Origin: Patescibacteria group bacterium
GTDB taxonomy: Bacteria > Patescibacteriota > WWE3 > UBA101185 > UBA10185
Assembly: GCA_026004595.1 (NCBI GenBank)
Contig: BPJL01000005.1
Coordinates: 11,263 to 75,262, forward strand
Length of the DNA: 64,000 nt
Direction of reading: 5' to 3'
Shown: one piece after another, positions 30,278-40,699 of the stretch
Position numbering within the stretch: position 1 is the stretch's first letter
Layout of the letters: every line of letters begins with the position of its first letter
Notes under the pieces: model-generated
What the model was told of the DNA's origin: nothing
Database searches by the model: none
Seen by the model: the letters and a program-made list of their open reading frames with translations, nothing else
Program-made: the position numbers and the translations under genes

Positions 30278-30325
30278 ACGGGCGTTTTACTGAGAATTGG
30301 TCGATGCTAAAACGCCCGTCTTTTT
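30278..30325 (+). terminator. Rho-independent terminator.
   Basis: 12-bp stem ACGGGCGTTTTA / TAAAACGCCCGT followed by CTTTTT. Confidence 0.5.
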
Positions 30326-30609
30326 AGCTACAAAATAAATATAAAGGGAACTTTAGGCAAAGGAAAAACTCATGCACCTAATTTCATCGCAAACATCGTA
30401 ATCTTCGGAATTTATATTGATCTGAGTTTCATAATAGCGCTTTGTAAATTTAAAATTTTGTCACGGTGTGTTGATATCACGGTGGGGCAAGTCTGCTGGT
30501 TTCCACAACCTTCAACGCTACAGGCCTCTCCCCAACACCCATCTTTCTTTCTACTTTTATTTATAATACGCGCTGGAATTTTACTATAGAGAGCATAAAG
30601 CACTGTGTG

Positions 30610-31058
30610 CTAGGGTTTTCCATATAGCTGTATATGGACAGACATTTTATCTCGTGAGTCTAGAAGCTTAACACCGGAATTGTCCAAGATAAGCTGAGTT
30701 TCAGGCTCTAACAATTTAGGTTTATTAAGAAGGGCCTCAATCATGTCCGGCTTATCATCGCTTGCAATTCTGTTGTGGTTCAATTTTCCGCAACTCAAAC
30801 ATCTATGAACGATGCAAAGCTCGTTATGGCTTTTGTACATAAGTCCTACTGGCTCCATTTTTCCGTTGCATTTGGATGCTCTGTCACCTTTGGCAAGATC
30901 GACATGTTGAGAGTACCCCGCAAAAAGGGCAGTGGTTTCTGTGTGATGACCCAAAAAAAACCGCGATTTGATACCTTTTTTCCGCAATAAATACAGTTAA
31001 AACCTTTGTCTCTGGATAATTTTTCACTGTCACTCATATGGTATTTCCATTTTACCAT
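30610..31058 (-). pseudogene. Longer RNHCP-domain paralogue disrupted by two +1 indels in homopolymers.
   Basis: Three reading frames carry consecutive segments of one protein: 'FNCIYCGKKVSNRG', then 'RNHCPFCG', then 'YSQHVDLAKGDRASKCNGKMEPVG...'. The segments align residue-for-residue with the intact 63-aa RNHCP gene at 11960-12151. Removing one base from the A8 run (30953-30960) and one from C4/A5 (30916-30926) restores a single ORF. Confidence 0.55.
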
Positions 31059-31115
31059 TACAATACTAAAGCGGGATTTATTGACTCATAGAGCATAATT
31101 ACCTACACTAATCTT

Positions 31116-33970
31116 ATGCTCAAAGATCTTACTGCCCTTTTTTTCTCCACGCTCAATTGCTGTTGTCGGGGCATCGAATTCGCCGGAAAAGCTAGGTCAT
31201 ATTATTTTAAAAAACATTACTAATTCTAAGTACCAAGGAAAAGTTTGGGCAGTTAATAAAAATGTAGAAGACATCGGAAATGTTAAGTGTTATCCGAATG
31301 TAGAAAGTCTTCCTGAAACACCAGATTTAGCCATAATAGTAATACCAGCCGCAGAAGTTCCCGGTGTACTAGACCAGTGCGGACAAAAAGAAATTAAAAA
31401 CGCAGTGGTTATATCTGCAGGATTCAAGGAAATCGGTGAAGATGGATTAGCTCTAGAAAAGAAGCTTGAGGAAATATCTAAAAAATATGACATCAACCTT
31501 CTCGGACCTAATTGCTTGGGGGTTTGTAAACCAAGAAGCAAATTTAAAACGCAACTTTCGCAAAAGCTATCAAACACTCAGGGAAACCTAAGATTTATAT
31601 CTCAATCTGGAGCTATAGCCGCAAGCATATTTGACTGGGCTGATTCTAATAGTATAGGATTCAGTGAATTTGTTACACTGGGAAACAAAACGATACTAAA
31701 CGAAAACCATATACTAGAATACTTTCTGAGCAAATCCTCTTCTGTAACATCTTTAATTGAAGACGCAGCAGAAAAAGTTCAGCCAATAGGCATGTACCTT
31801 GAATCGATATCGGATGGGTTAACTTTTATAGATTTAGCAAAAAAAATCTCTTCCAAAGACCCGATTTTTATCTTAAAACCAGGAAAAACCAAGGAAGCAG
31901 CTTCTGCAATGCAATCACACACCGGCGCAATTGCGGGCGCTGATGATGTTTTAGAGGCGGCTTTGGAACAATCAGGTGTGCTAAGGTGCAACACCCTTGA
32001 AGATTTCTTTGACCTAGCTAAAGCATTTTCTTGGGAAAATGTTCCACAGAGCCCGAGGGTAGCCGTTGTTTCAAATGCAGGCGGGCCGGCTGTAATTTCA
32101 GCTGATTCTATAAGCAATAACGGACTTAGCCTAGCAGAATTTGACGAACAAACAAAGAAAAGGCTTTCTGAGGTACTTCCAAGATCGGCAAGTATATACG
32201 ACCCGGTTGATGTGATAGGAGATGCTCTTGCTGACAGATACGCCGCGGCCATGGAAATAATTCTTAAAACCGGCAGCTGCGACTCCCTTCTTGTAATCCT
32301 TACTCCTCAAATCGTAACTCAAGTTGAAAAAACTGCAGAAACAATAGGCCGGATTTCAAGAAAGTATAAAAAAACCGATATTTTGTTCTTTCATCGGCGG
32401 CAATCTTGTTTCCGAAGGCGAAAAAATACTTAATAAATACAAAATACCCTCGTACCCATACCCGGAACGCGCAATTTATGCAATTTCTTCAATGTGGAGG
32501 TTCTATGATAATCAGCAAAAAAGGATTTGTGAGGTGCACGATATTAATGTATTAAACACCAAGCTTCTTCCCGAAAATGTAACGCAATTAATCAAAAATG
32601 CAACATCCAAAAACCAATATTCTCTAGACAACGTAGAAGCTAACACGGTAGTCCGAAGTGCAAACATTCCCACACCGCCGACAACTCTAGTGGAGAATTT
32701 ACAACAAGCCGAAGAATTTGCTGTTGCCAATGGGTATCCCGTGGTCCTTAAACTGTCCTCTCCCGGACTTTTGCACAAAAAACACATTGGCGGTGTGACT
32801 CTTGACATTAGAAACAAAGAACAACTTGCATCCGCTTGGGAAACCTTAAGAAGAAAGCTCGAGCATTTGGAGCCTTCAGTACAAGATAAAGTTAAGATCC
32901 AGATACAAAAGGAGGTTCCTTCTGATGTAGAGGTAATAGTGGGGATTAAACACGATCCTACATTCGGGCCTGTGCTTCTTTTTGGAGCTGGGGGGTCGCT
33001 AGCTGAACTTATCTCGGACAAAAATCTTCATCTGCTTCCCATAGATAAAAATGATGCAAAAGAGCTTGTTGAAAAATCTAAAATCTATAATCTGCTCAAA
33101 GGAAACGAAAACGAACCTCCTCACGCTCTTGATAAACTCTATGAGGTTATAGTCAATTTGTCACAACTTGTAAGATCTACCAACGAAATTTCTGAAATTG
33201 AAATAAATCCGGTTATCGTAACTCTTAACGACGTGTGGGCAATAGACACTAAGATTGTGTTGAAAAGTAGTAAAGAAAGGCCTGCGGGACCAAAGTTTAA
33301 GTCTGCTACAACACTAACAATAGAATCCCTTACAGATAAAATAAGACTTTTTGAGTTCGAAATGGACGAACCTTTTGAATTTACGCCGGGACACTACATT
33401 AGCGTCAAAGTTTCAAATACGAGAATTAACTGCTACTCAATAGCCGGCCAGAGCGCTCCGAATCGATTTAACTTGTTGGTTGACTCAACCCCCGGAGGTC
33501 CGGGTTCAAAATTTTTCGAGGCTCTAAAGCCTGGCGATAAAATTACTTACCTCGGCCCCTTTGGCAATTTTAAGTTAAATCTAAACGACGGGGCCAAAAA
33601 GATTCTTTTTCTGGCAACAGGCACAGGTGTGGCACCTTTAAGATTTATGCTAGACAAAGCTCTAGAAACAAATAAAGAAATCTATTTATATATTGGAACA
33701 AATAATTTTGAAGAGGTATTTAGTCAAGATTATTTTGAAAAACTAGCCAAAAAATACAAAAACTTTAAGTATCAGTTTGCAGTAAGAAATCCACATGAAA
33801 AGTGGAGTGGAGCAGTAGGTTTTATAAACGACCTTGTTAAAAAAGACCACCCCGATGCTAAAGATTGCTCAGCATATTTATGCGGAAGTCCACTTATGAT
33901 TGAAGCGGCAACAAAAGTTCTTTTAGAATGCAACTGCCCGCAGGAAAGAATATACAGCGAAAAATACTAA
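31116..33970 (+). CDS. ADP-forming acetyl-CoA synthetase (fused alpha and beta domains) with a C-terminal FNR-like FAD/NAD(P)-binding domain. Interrupted by two apparent 1-nt insertions.
   Basis: Starts 'MLKDLTALF', shifts in the T7 run at 31138-31144, and resumes with 'SPRSIAVVGAS...SQSGAI'. It shifts again in the A7 run at 32368-32374 into 'PIFCSFIGGNLVSEGEKILNKYKIPSYPYPERAIYA', which is the canonical ACD sequence. An ATP-grasp beta domain follows ('EINPVIV'). The C-terminal ~230 aa carry 'PGHYISVKV', 'NCYSIAGQS' (RxYS), 'GPFGNF', 'LATGTGVAPL' and 'CGSPLM'. Confidence 0.7.
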
Positions 33971-33972
33971 AC

Positions 33973-35709
33973 ATGGTTAACAAACAACAAAAAATAACAT
34001 CTATAAAAATCGGAGGGTACGCAGGTCAAGGCGTTAAATCAACAGGGTTGCTGTTGGCTAAATATGCTGTTAGATCAGGATATTCTGTTTACGACCACAC
34101 AGAGTTTCCTTCTCTAATCAAGGGCGGACACAATGTCATGCAAGTAAATTTTTCGGAAGAGGCAGTTTTAGCTCCCCAAAAAATGTCTGACATGTTAATC
34201 GCATTGAATCAAGAAACAATCGACCTTCACATCAACGAATTAAAACCTAAAGGCATAATAATTTATAACTCGGATTCAAACATCAATTTGCCGAAAACAA
34301 AAAAAGTTTCCTTTTACGGAATCCCTCTGTATAGGTTTGCCAAAGAAGCTGGGGGAGAAGAATTGCTTATCAATACTGCCGCATTGGGCGCAGCCATATC
34401 TCTTATGGGCGGAAACTTTAGTATTCTTCAAAATCTTATAGAAGAGGAGTTCAACAAAATAAATAGCGAGAGTGCAGAAACGAACGTTAAAGCTGCAAAA
34501 GCTGGTTTTGAATACATGAAAGAGAAACATTCTGCCGACATTGGCAGATATCTCACACCGATAGAAAGTGTGAGCTCATTCATACCAAACATGCTTGTGA
34601 GTGGGTCAGAAGCTGCGGCCTTGGGCGCGATTGCGGGCGGCCTTCAGTTTGCCGCAATTTATCCGATGTCGCCGATTTCTAATATACTTCACGTTTTAGC
34701 GTCAAATCAAGAAAAATTCGGTTACATATTTAAACAACCCGAAGACGAAATATCTGCAATAAACATGGCAATTGGAGCGTCGTTTGCAGGAGCGCGATCG
34801 TTAACCGCTACATCCGGAGGCGGCTTTTGCCTCATGACAGAAGGGTATGGTCTCGCAGGGATGACTGAAACACCTATAGTGATAATAGAAGGCATGCGCG
34901 GGGCTCCTGCAACAGGATTGCCCACTTGGAGCGAGCAGGGAGACCTTCAATTTGTGCTGCATGCGCACCAAGGCGAGTTTCCAAGAATCGTTTTAGCCCC
35001 GGGAGATGCAAAAGAAGCGTTTGAACTCACGCGTCTAGCTCTTAACTTAGCTGATAAGTATCAGACACCCGTAGTTGTCTTGCTAGACAAAAATATCTGT
35101 GAAAACGATCAAAGTTACCCGCTATTTGATATCTCCGATTTCAGGCTAGACATGGGAAAATATATCAACAAAGAAACAGAAAACTACATGAGGTACAAAT
35201 TTAGTGATGACGGGATATCCGAAAGATCTGTACCGGGCGTTGGAAACTTCTTCATTTCAAATTCTGATGAGCACGACCAATACGGATATTCCACCGAAAA
35301 TATTGAAATTAGAAACAAGATGATGGAAAAAAGAATGAAGAAATTAACTACATGCGAAGAAAAAGATATGCCAGAACCTAAATTATATGGGCCTGAAAAG
35401 GCCGATATTACAATAGTCTCATGGGGGAGCAACAAAGGTAGCATTTTGCAAGCTATACAAAACCACCCAAACGTAAATTACCTGCACCTAACGTGGATGA
35501 ATCCGTTTCCTAGCCATAAGGTAAAAGAAATATTATCGAAGGCAAAACATGTTGTGGACATAGAGTGCAATTACACAGCACAGCTAGCCAGTCTAATCCG
35601 TGAAAAAACCGGGGTTGAGATAAAGGATAAATTTCTGAAGTACGACGGCCGACAGATTTTTCCTGAAGAAATTGAAGAAAAAATTAATTCGGTTGGAGGC
35701 ACTTTATGA
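33973..35709 (+). CDS. 2-oxoacid:ferredoxin oxidoreductase, fused gamma-alpha subunit.
   Basis: N-terminal gamma-domain 'IGGYAGQGVKSTGLLLAKYA' followed by the alpha (pyruvate-flavodoxin oxidoreductase core) domains. Start set at the ATG at 33973, just after the ACD stop. Confidence 0.85.
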   Translation: MVNKQQKITSIKIGGYAGQGVKSTGLLLAKYAVRSGYSVYDHTEFPSLIKGGHNVMQVNFSEEAVLAPQKMSDMLIALNQETIDLHINELKPKGIIIYNSDSNINLPKTKKVSFYGIPLYRFAKEAGGEELLINTAALGAAISLMGGNFSILQNLIEEEFNKINSESAETNVKAAKAGFEYMKEKHSADIGRYLTPIESVSSFIPNMLVSGSEAAALGAIAGGLQFAAIYPMSPISNILHVLASNQEKFGYIFKQPEDEISAINMAIGASFAGARSLTATSGGGFCLMTEGYGLAGMTETPIVIIEGMRGAPATGLPTWSEQGDLQFVLHAHQGEFPRIVLAPGDAKEAFELTRLALNLADKYQTPVVVLLDKNICENDQSYPLFDISDFRLDMGKYINKETENYMRYKFSDDGISERSVPGVGNFFISNSDEHDQYGYSTENIEIRNKMMEKRMKKLTTCEEKDMPEPKLYGPEKADITIVSWGSNKGSILQAIQNHPNVNYLHLTWMNPFPSHKVKEILSKAKHVVDIECNYTAQLASLIREKTGVEIKDKFLKYDGRQIFPEEIEEKINSVGGTL

Positions 35710-36563
35710 AAGAATCGGGGTATCTCACAACACCATGTTCTCCTACGTGGTGCCCAGGGTGTGGTAACTTAAACATATGGGGGGCATTTAAATCTGCTGC
35801 GATTGAACAGGGATGGAATAATGCTAATACAGTGCTTGTAGCAGGAATTGGATGCCACGGTCATATTCTAAACTTTTTAAAACTTACTTCTTTTGAAGGA
35901 TTGCATGGAAGAGCTTTACCTGTGGCAACGGGGATAAAATTAGCAAATGGTGATCTGAATGTCTTCGTTTTCACAGGCGATGGTGACTGTTTTGGAGAGG
36001 GAGGCAATCATTTTATACATGCTTGCCGCAGAAACCACAATTTAACAGTGCTTATCCATGACAACTCTTTATACGCTTTAACCACGGGGCAAACCTCTCC
36101 TTTATCTCCTCACGGTCTTAGGACAAAATCTACACCTACCGGAAATCCTGATGAACCATTCAACCCATTGGCTTTAGCTATAATTTCAGGCGCTACTTTT
36201 GTCGCTAGAGCCTATGCTGGAGATATGCCCAAACTTACCTCACTAATTGTAGAGGCTAACAAGCATCGAGGAATCGCAGTGATAGATATATTACAACCAT
36301 GTGTTACATACAACAAAACCTTTACACACCAGTTTTTTAGAGAAAACACATATTACCTTGGAGAGAAGTACGACCCAACAAATAGGGAAGAGGCACTTAT
36401 AAAATCTCAGGAGTTTGGAACTAAACAAATTCCTTTGGGCATCTTTTATAAAGTAGATAAGCCCTCTTATGAAGACAGCGCATTGGCAAAAACGCAAAAA
36501 AACATTTTAAAAAAGTCAATACAACCACAAGCAATCAACGAACTTTTTAAAAATTATACTTAG
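35706..36563 (+). CDS. 2-oxoacid:ferredoxin oxidoreductase beta subunit (TPP-binding).
   Basis: 'CPGCGNLNI' and 'GDGDCFGEGGNH' TPP/Mg-binding region. 4-nt overlap with the alpha gene. Confidence 0.85.
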   Translation: MKESGYLTTPCSPTWCPGCGNLNIWGAFKSAAIEQGWNNANTVLVAGIGCHGHILNFLKLTSFEGLHGRALPVATGIKLANGDLNVFVFTGDGDCFGEGGNHFIHACRRNHNLTVLIHDNSLYALTTGQTSPLSPHGLRTKSTPTGNPDEPFNPLALAIISGATFVARAYAGDMPKLTSLIVEANKHRGIAVIDILQPCVTYNKTFTHQFFRENTYYLGEKYDPTNREEALIKSQEFGTKQIPLGIFYKVDKPSYEDSALAKTQKNILKKSIQPQAINELFKNYT

Positions 36564-36598
36564 TTATTGAAATTAGTAATTCAATTTTCTAAAATTAA

Positions 36599-36847
36599 AT
36601 GATGGAAGATAAAATTGTACAAATCGGAAAGTATAAAGTTAAGGTAATCAGGGATGCATGCATAGGGGCAGCTTCCTGTATAGCCGTTTCCCCTACTGTT
36701 TTTCAGTTGGATGGGGAAAATAAGGCCGTTATACAAGAGGGGGCCATGGACTCCGAGGAAAATGTTTTGATGGCGGCCCAATCGTGCCCAACAAAAGCAA
36801 TAGTAGTAATAGACGCAGAAACGGGCAAACAAGTTTGGCCTGAATAA
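36599..36847 (+). CDS. Small mono-cluster [4Fe-4S] ferredoxin.
   Basis: 'DACIGAASCIAVSP' and 'QSCPTKAI' give the Cys pattern of single-cluster ferredoxins. 82 aa, immediately downstream of the oxidoreductase genes. Confidence 0.65.
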   Translation: MMEDKIVQIGKYKVKVIRDACIGAASCIAVSPTVFQLDGENKAVIQEGAMDSEENVLMAAQSCPTKAIVVIDAETGKQVWPE

Positions 36848-36850
36848 AAA

Positions 36851-37777
36851 ATGCCCCATATTAGCAATAAAGGAATTAGCTGGGCAGTTGTTACTGCAGT
36901 AATATCTGGATTTTCCATATTTTTGAATAAATTCGCTTCTTCAGCTGTCACACCACCTTTATTTTTTACCGGATTGAAAAACTTAACGGTAGGTTTCATG
37001 CTTATTCTTCTTGTTGTAATAACAAGAAAAGCACGCTTGATACGAGGCATTACAATTAAAGAGCTGATATATTTGCTTGCGATAGGTGTTATTGGAGGAT
37101 CCCTCCCCTTTTACCTTTTTTTTACAGGTTTATCACAAATATCAGCGGTAAACGCGGCCATTATCCATAAAACACTATTTTTATGGGTCGCGTTGTTTGC
37201 GTATCCCCTTCTGAAAGAGAAACTAAGCAAAAAGCAAATTTTTGCTGCCTTTCTTGTTATGTCTGGTAATTTGATAATCGGCGGGTTTGAAAAATTTAGT
37301 TATTCAAGAGGAGAGCTAATGGTGCTGGGAGCAACAATATTATGGGCCATAGAGAACATATTAGCCAAAAAGGTCCTTGCCAAAATAGATCCTGACATAG
37401 TTTCTTTGTTTAGAATGGGCATAGGTTCGCTAATCTTATGTGCTGTACTATTTATAGATATGCTAAAAGTAGGACAGGCGAGCTTTTTACTTAAAGAAAA
37501 TCAAATTTTCTGGCTGCTTGTTACAAGCGTACTGCTTTTAGCCTACGTACTAAGCTGGTATCGCGCTTTGAAATATTCGCCTGCTGTAAATGTCACTGCT
37601 ATACTCACAATCTCAACGTTAATTACAAATTTCCTATCAGCTGTTATTTTAACCCATTCCTGGAATTATGCACTGACACTTCAATCGATACTAATCTTTT
37701 TCGGAGTGCTTATCTTCATAAAAACCGATAAAAAGTCGTTGACAAAAGATCAGCTAGTTGTCGGCCAAAATTCTTAA
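36851..37777 (+). CDS. DMT-superfamily (EamA-like) transporter.
   Basis: 308 aa, 10 TM helices with a duplicated 5-TM pattern. Confidence 0.65.
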   Translation: MPHISNKGISWAVVTAVISGFSIFLNKFASSAVTPPLFFTGLKNLTVGFMLILLVVITRKARLIRGITIKELIYLLAIGVIGGSLPFYLFFTGLSQISAVNAAIIHKTLFLWVALFAYPLLKEKLSKKQIFAAFLVMSGNLIIGGFEKFSYSRGELMVLGATILWAIENILAKKVLAKIDPDIVSLFRMGIGSLILCAVLFIDMLKVGQASFLLKENQIFWLLVTSVLLLAYVLSWYRALKYSPAVNVTAILTISTLITNFLSAVILTHSWNYALTLQSILIFFGVLIFIKTDKKSLTKDQLVVGQNS

Positions 37778-38467
37778 TACCCTTCTTGTCCAATAATTCA
37801 GATTCTTTTCCTCAAGGTGTGATAGTTTTTTAACAATCTGTCCCCAATGCACAGCAACGATAGATCCTCTATTTAACTTCACATGTTTTTCCGCAGGCAC
37901 AGGAAACTTCTGCCTGATTTTAACCAAACTTAATTTGCCACCAATTTTCTTAATAGAAGTCAAATTTGCAATAACTTGATTATCAGAAATGTTTACCACT
38001 TTTCCCCATCTGACCATACAATTATTAATTGTATTTATATTGTAAGGAACCGATCCGCTTGCTTTTCCTACACCTACATAAAGAACTTGAAATAAATGAG
38101 TTGGTATAAATTCCTTTGGCACCCTATGACGCAGGTCTTCTATCAGGTTCTCAGGCACACCCTGCTCGGAAAAATATTTAAGAAGCAGGTTGTAATGTCG
38201 TGGTTTAGTATTTTTAAGAGTGTTGTTTCCGAGCCAGTACGCTTCTGCAACCTTATTTGAAAACCTAGGCAAGCCGCTTATTTTTGAAATTAATCTTAAA
38301 TAGGGATGGAGGACAATAAACTTTTTTAATTCTCTTTGTACTCCAGAGCACCTTCCCTCAACAATACACCTTCTAAACTTTTCTATGGCAGAATTTTTCC
38401 CGCAATAACCAAGAGAGTTGGGAGGAAGAGAAAATCTACAAAGAAGTTGTAAAGCCTTTTTATCCAT
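37754..38467 (-). CDS. Hypothetical Cys-rich protein next to the hydrogenase genes.
   Basis: 237 aa. N-terminal cysteines at 'CRFSLPPNSLGYCGKNSAIEKFRRCIVEGRC'. No family assignment. Confidence 0.4.
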   Translation of the reverse strand: MDKKALQLLCRFSLPPNSLGYCGKNSAIEKFRRCIVEGRCSGVQRELKKFIVLHPYLRLISKISGLPRFSNKVAEAYWLGNNTLKNTKPRHYNLLLKYFSEQGVPENLIEDLRHRVPKEFIPTHLFQVLYVGVGKASGSVPYNINTINNCMVRWGKVVNISDNQVIANLTSIKKIGGKLSLVKIRQKFPVPAEKHVKLNRGSIVAVHWGQIVKKLSHLEEKNLNYWTRRVLRILADN

Positions 38468-38530
38468 ACTTTCGCAGAAGTATAAAACATAACGGTTGCA
38501 AATGAAAGTGAAGGCCTGTAAAACTTAATA

Positions 38531-38932
38531 ATGAACGTTTATGTGTTTGGCAACCGCGACTCGGACTTAGATAATAGAGCCTTTGAAATTGCTGATAAAC
38601 TTTCTAAGAGAAATAACGACGTCCGATTTATTGAAATCAAACCAAACCAAGACTTAATACCAAATAACAAAGAAAACATCATAATTCTAGACACAATATA
38701 CAACATAAAAACCATTAAGGTGTTAAACGAGAACGATATTGACAAAATAATTACCGCACCAAGAACGTCAGTTCATGATTTTGATCTTGCCTTTCAGTTG
38801 AAGTACCTAAAAAAAATAGGAAAGTTGGGCAAAGTGACAATAATAGGTATCCCCCAAAAGGGGAGAGTAGACTACCGGCGAATCCAATCTATTTTAAGAA
38901 AATTGGTCGCGCAGGACATGCAGGGGTCGTAG
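38531..38932 (+). CDS. Hydrogenase maturation endopeptidase (HycI/HyaD family).
   Basis: 'VFGNRDSDLDNRAFEIA', 'IIILDT', 'TSVHDF' and 'TIIGIPQ' match the conserved protease motifs. Confidence 0.7.
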   Translation: MNVYVFGNRDSDLDNRAFEIADKLSKRNNDVRFIEIKPNQDLIPNNKENIIILDTIYNIKTIKVLNENDIDKIITAPRTSVHDFDLAFQLKYLKKIGKLGKVTIIGIPQKGRVDYRRIQSILRKLVAQDMQGS

Positions 38933-40173
38933 GCTCTAATTATCTTTTCAGCTTCAAGTCTTAGCCACTGTTCATCTTTAGACAAATTTTCACTGAAAAA
39001 TTTTTTAAGGTCGCTTTCTATACAGATCTGATTTTGAGATGTTGGTACTATTACATCGTAGTCTTCAATCATCCCTCTATCATCAACTTTCGCCATGTGG
39101 TAAAGAATCCCCCTGGGGGCCTCCACAACCCCAACTCCTATACCAGCTTTTTTTGTTGTCCTTACGGGCTTTTCGTCTATGATTTTTATGGAAGACAAAA
39201 TCTCTATTGCATCATCAACACACTGTAAAATTTCTATCGCCTGCGCCAAATTATTATGGTGGATGTTGTTGGAAGGAAAGACATTTAGGTAAGGCTGCAC
39301 ATCTTTCTTCGTCCTAGAGTTGAGCAAATCTTTGTTAAAATTAATTCTAGCTAAAGCGCCAACAAGGTAATCCTCATGAATATCAGAAAAAACGTATCCC
39401 TCTGATTGAGAATACGGAACTACAACCGACTTCAAAAAATCATGAAAATGTTCCTCGCTTACTTTCTTACCCGTTGAGTTTACAATTTGTCCCTCAATGA
39501 AATCGTAAGAAACATCATTTCGCAGACACATATAATCCGCATTTCTAACAAGTTCCGCGCCATATTCATAAAAAACCTTTATACCCCTGAGAACTTGCGA
39601 TCTTACGGCCTCCAGCTTGTCTAGTAATTCGTACAATTTTGACTGGTCCGGTAATTTTAGAAACCCGCCTACCGTCGGCAGGGGAGCATGAATTGCCGCC
39701 CCAATAACCACATCAGTTATTTCCGACCCTATTTTTTTAATATCAAAGGAATCGTGGAGAAGCGTATGGCCAAAATTATCGTGGTCATCAGGAATATCCA
39801 ATATTGAATCCAAGCCTAAAACATCTGGTAGAACAAAGAAGTATAGGTGCAGAGCGTGGTCGCGAATCATCAAACCATCATAAGCTAAGCGGCGTAGAAT
39901 TCTGGTTTGTTCGGAAATAATTATTCCTTGAGATCTCTCTATAGCTTCCAAAGAAGCAAAAAGGTGTGCAACAGAGCAAGTTCCGCAAATTCTAGACAAA
40001 AATGATGGCGAAGCTATGTAAGGCTTTCCCTTCACTGCCTCTGTATAAAAACGGCGATAGTCCTTTATTATAAACTTTAAGTCTTTAACTTGGCCGTTCT
40101 CTATTACAACCTCCAGGCCGGCCGTTCCTTCTATTTTTGATATGTTTTCAATTGTTATATTGCCGCTGTGCAT
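38872..40173 (-). CDS. [NiFe]-hydrogenase large subunit.
   Basis: N-terminal 'RICGTCSVAH' and C-terminal 'DPCMSCATN' Ni-binding cysteine pairs. Start placed at the ATG at 40171-40173, which overlaps the small-subunit stop by 1 nt. The C-terminal His is replaced by Asn, followed by a 9-aa extension. Confidence 0.85.
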   Translation of the reverse strand: MHSGNITIENISKIEGTAGLEVVIENGQVKDLKFIIKDYRRFYTEAVKGKPYIASPSFLSRICGTCSVAHLFASLEAIERSQGIIISEQTRILRRLAYDGLMIRDHALHLYFFVLPDVLGLDSILDIPDDHDNFGHTLLHDSFDIKKIGSEITDVVIGAAIHAPLPTVGGFLKLPDQSKLYELLDKLEAVRSQVLRGIKVFYEYGAELVRNADYMCLRNDVSYDFIEGQIVNSTGKKVSEEHFHDFLKSVVVPYSQSEGYVFSDIHEDYLVGALARINFNKDLLNSRTKKDVQPYLNVFPSNNIHHNNLAQAIEILQCVDDAIEILSSIKIIDEKPVRTTKKAGIGVGVVEAPRGILYHMAKVDDRGMIEDYDVIVPTSQNQICIESDLKKFFSENLSKDEQWLRLEAEKIIRAYDPCMSCATNFLKIDWIRR

Positions 40174-40679
40174 TATTGAATTTGAAATAAATCTAAATAC
40201 TTTTTGACTGTGGCCAGAAAATTTGGGACATTCATTGGACAACCATCAACCATATCGTCAACTTTAATGACATCGGATAATTTTCTGACTTTATCGCTAT
40301 AGTCAAAGTGGCTCATATAAAACTTTATTTTCTCATTTATTTTATCGGGTATAAGTTGGTTTCTGGAAGCTGACGGAAGACCAGTACAGGCGCAGGAGCC
40401 GATAGCCACAATATACTTTGAATTAGCCCTTATTTTGCGTACCTCTTCTGCCTGCTTTTCCGATGATATTGCACCTTCTATAAAAGCAACATCCAGATCT
40501 TCGAGAGAGTTTTTGGACTTTAATGCTTTGAAAAAGCGAAATTCTACAACTTTTTTCCAATCGTCCAAATGCTCATTTAACAATTCGGTGAGAAGAATTG
40601 TGCTGTCCTCACTGCAAGTGAAGGAAAACCAACCGATAACCAATTTTTTCTTTACTGCGATCGTACTAACAGCATCCAT
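40173..40679 (-). CDS. [NiFe]-hydrogenase small subunit (NuoB/HoxY-like, short form).
   Basis: 'GWFSFTCSED', 'IEGAIS', 'IAIGSCACTGLP' and 'GCPMN' give the Cys ligands of the proximal cluster. 168 aa. Confidence 0.7.
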   Translation of the reverse strand: MDAVSTIAVKKKLVIGWFSFTCSEDSTILLTELLNEHLDDWKKVVEFRFFKALKSKNSLEDLDVAFIEGAISSEKQAEEVRKIRANSKYIVAIGSCACTGLPSASRNQLIPDKINEKIKFYMSHFDYSDKVRKLSDVIKVDDMVDGCPMNVPNFLATVKKYLDLFQIQ

Positions 40680-40699
40680 TACTGTATAATACCAAATAT

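Noticed and set aside
30412-30603. 63-aa Cys-rich ORF just downstream of the disrupted RNHCP gene.
   Set aside because: It may be a real small zinc-binding protein, but it overlaps the terminator region and has no recognisable family. Evidence is insufficient.
31290-31577. 95-aa antisense ORF within the ACD alpha domain.
   Set aside because: It is opposite a strongly conserved coding region.
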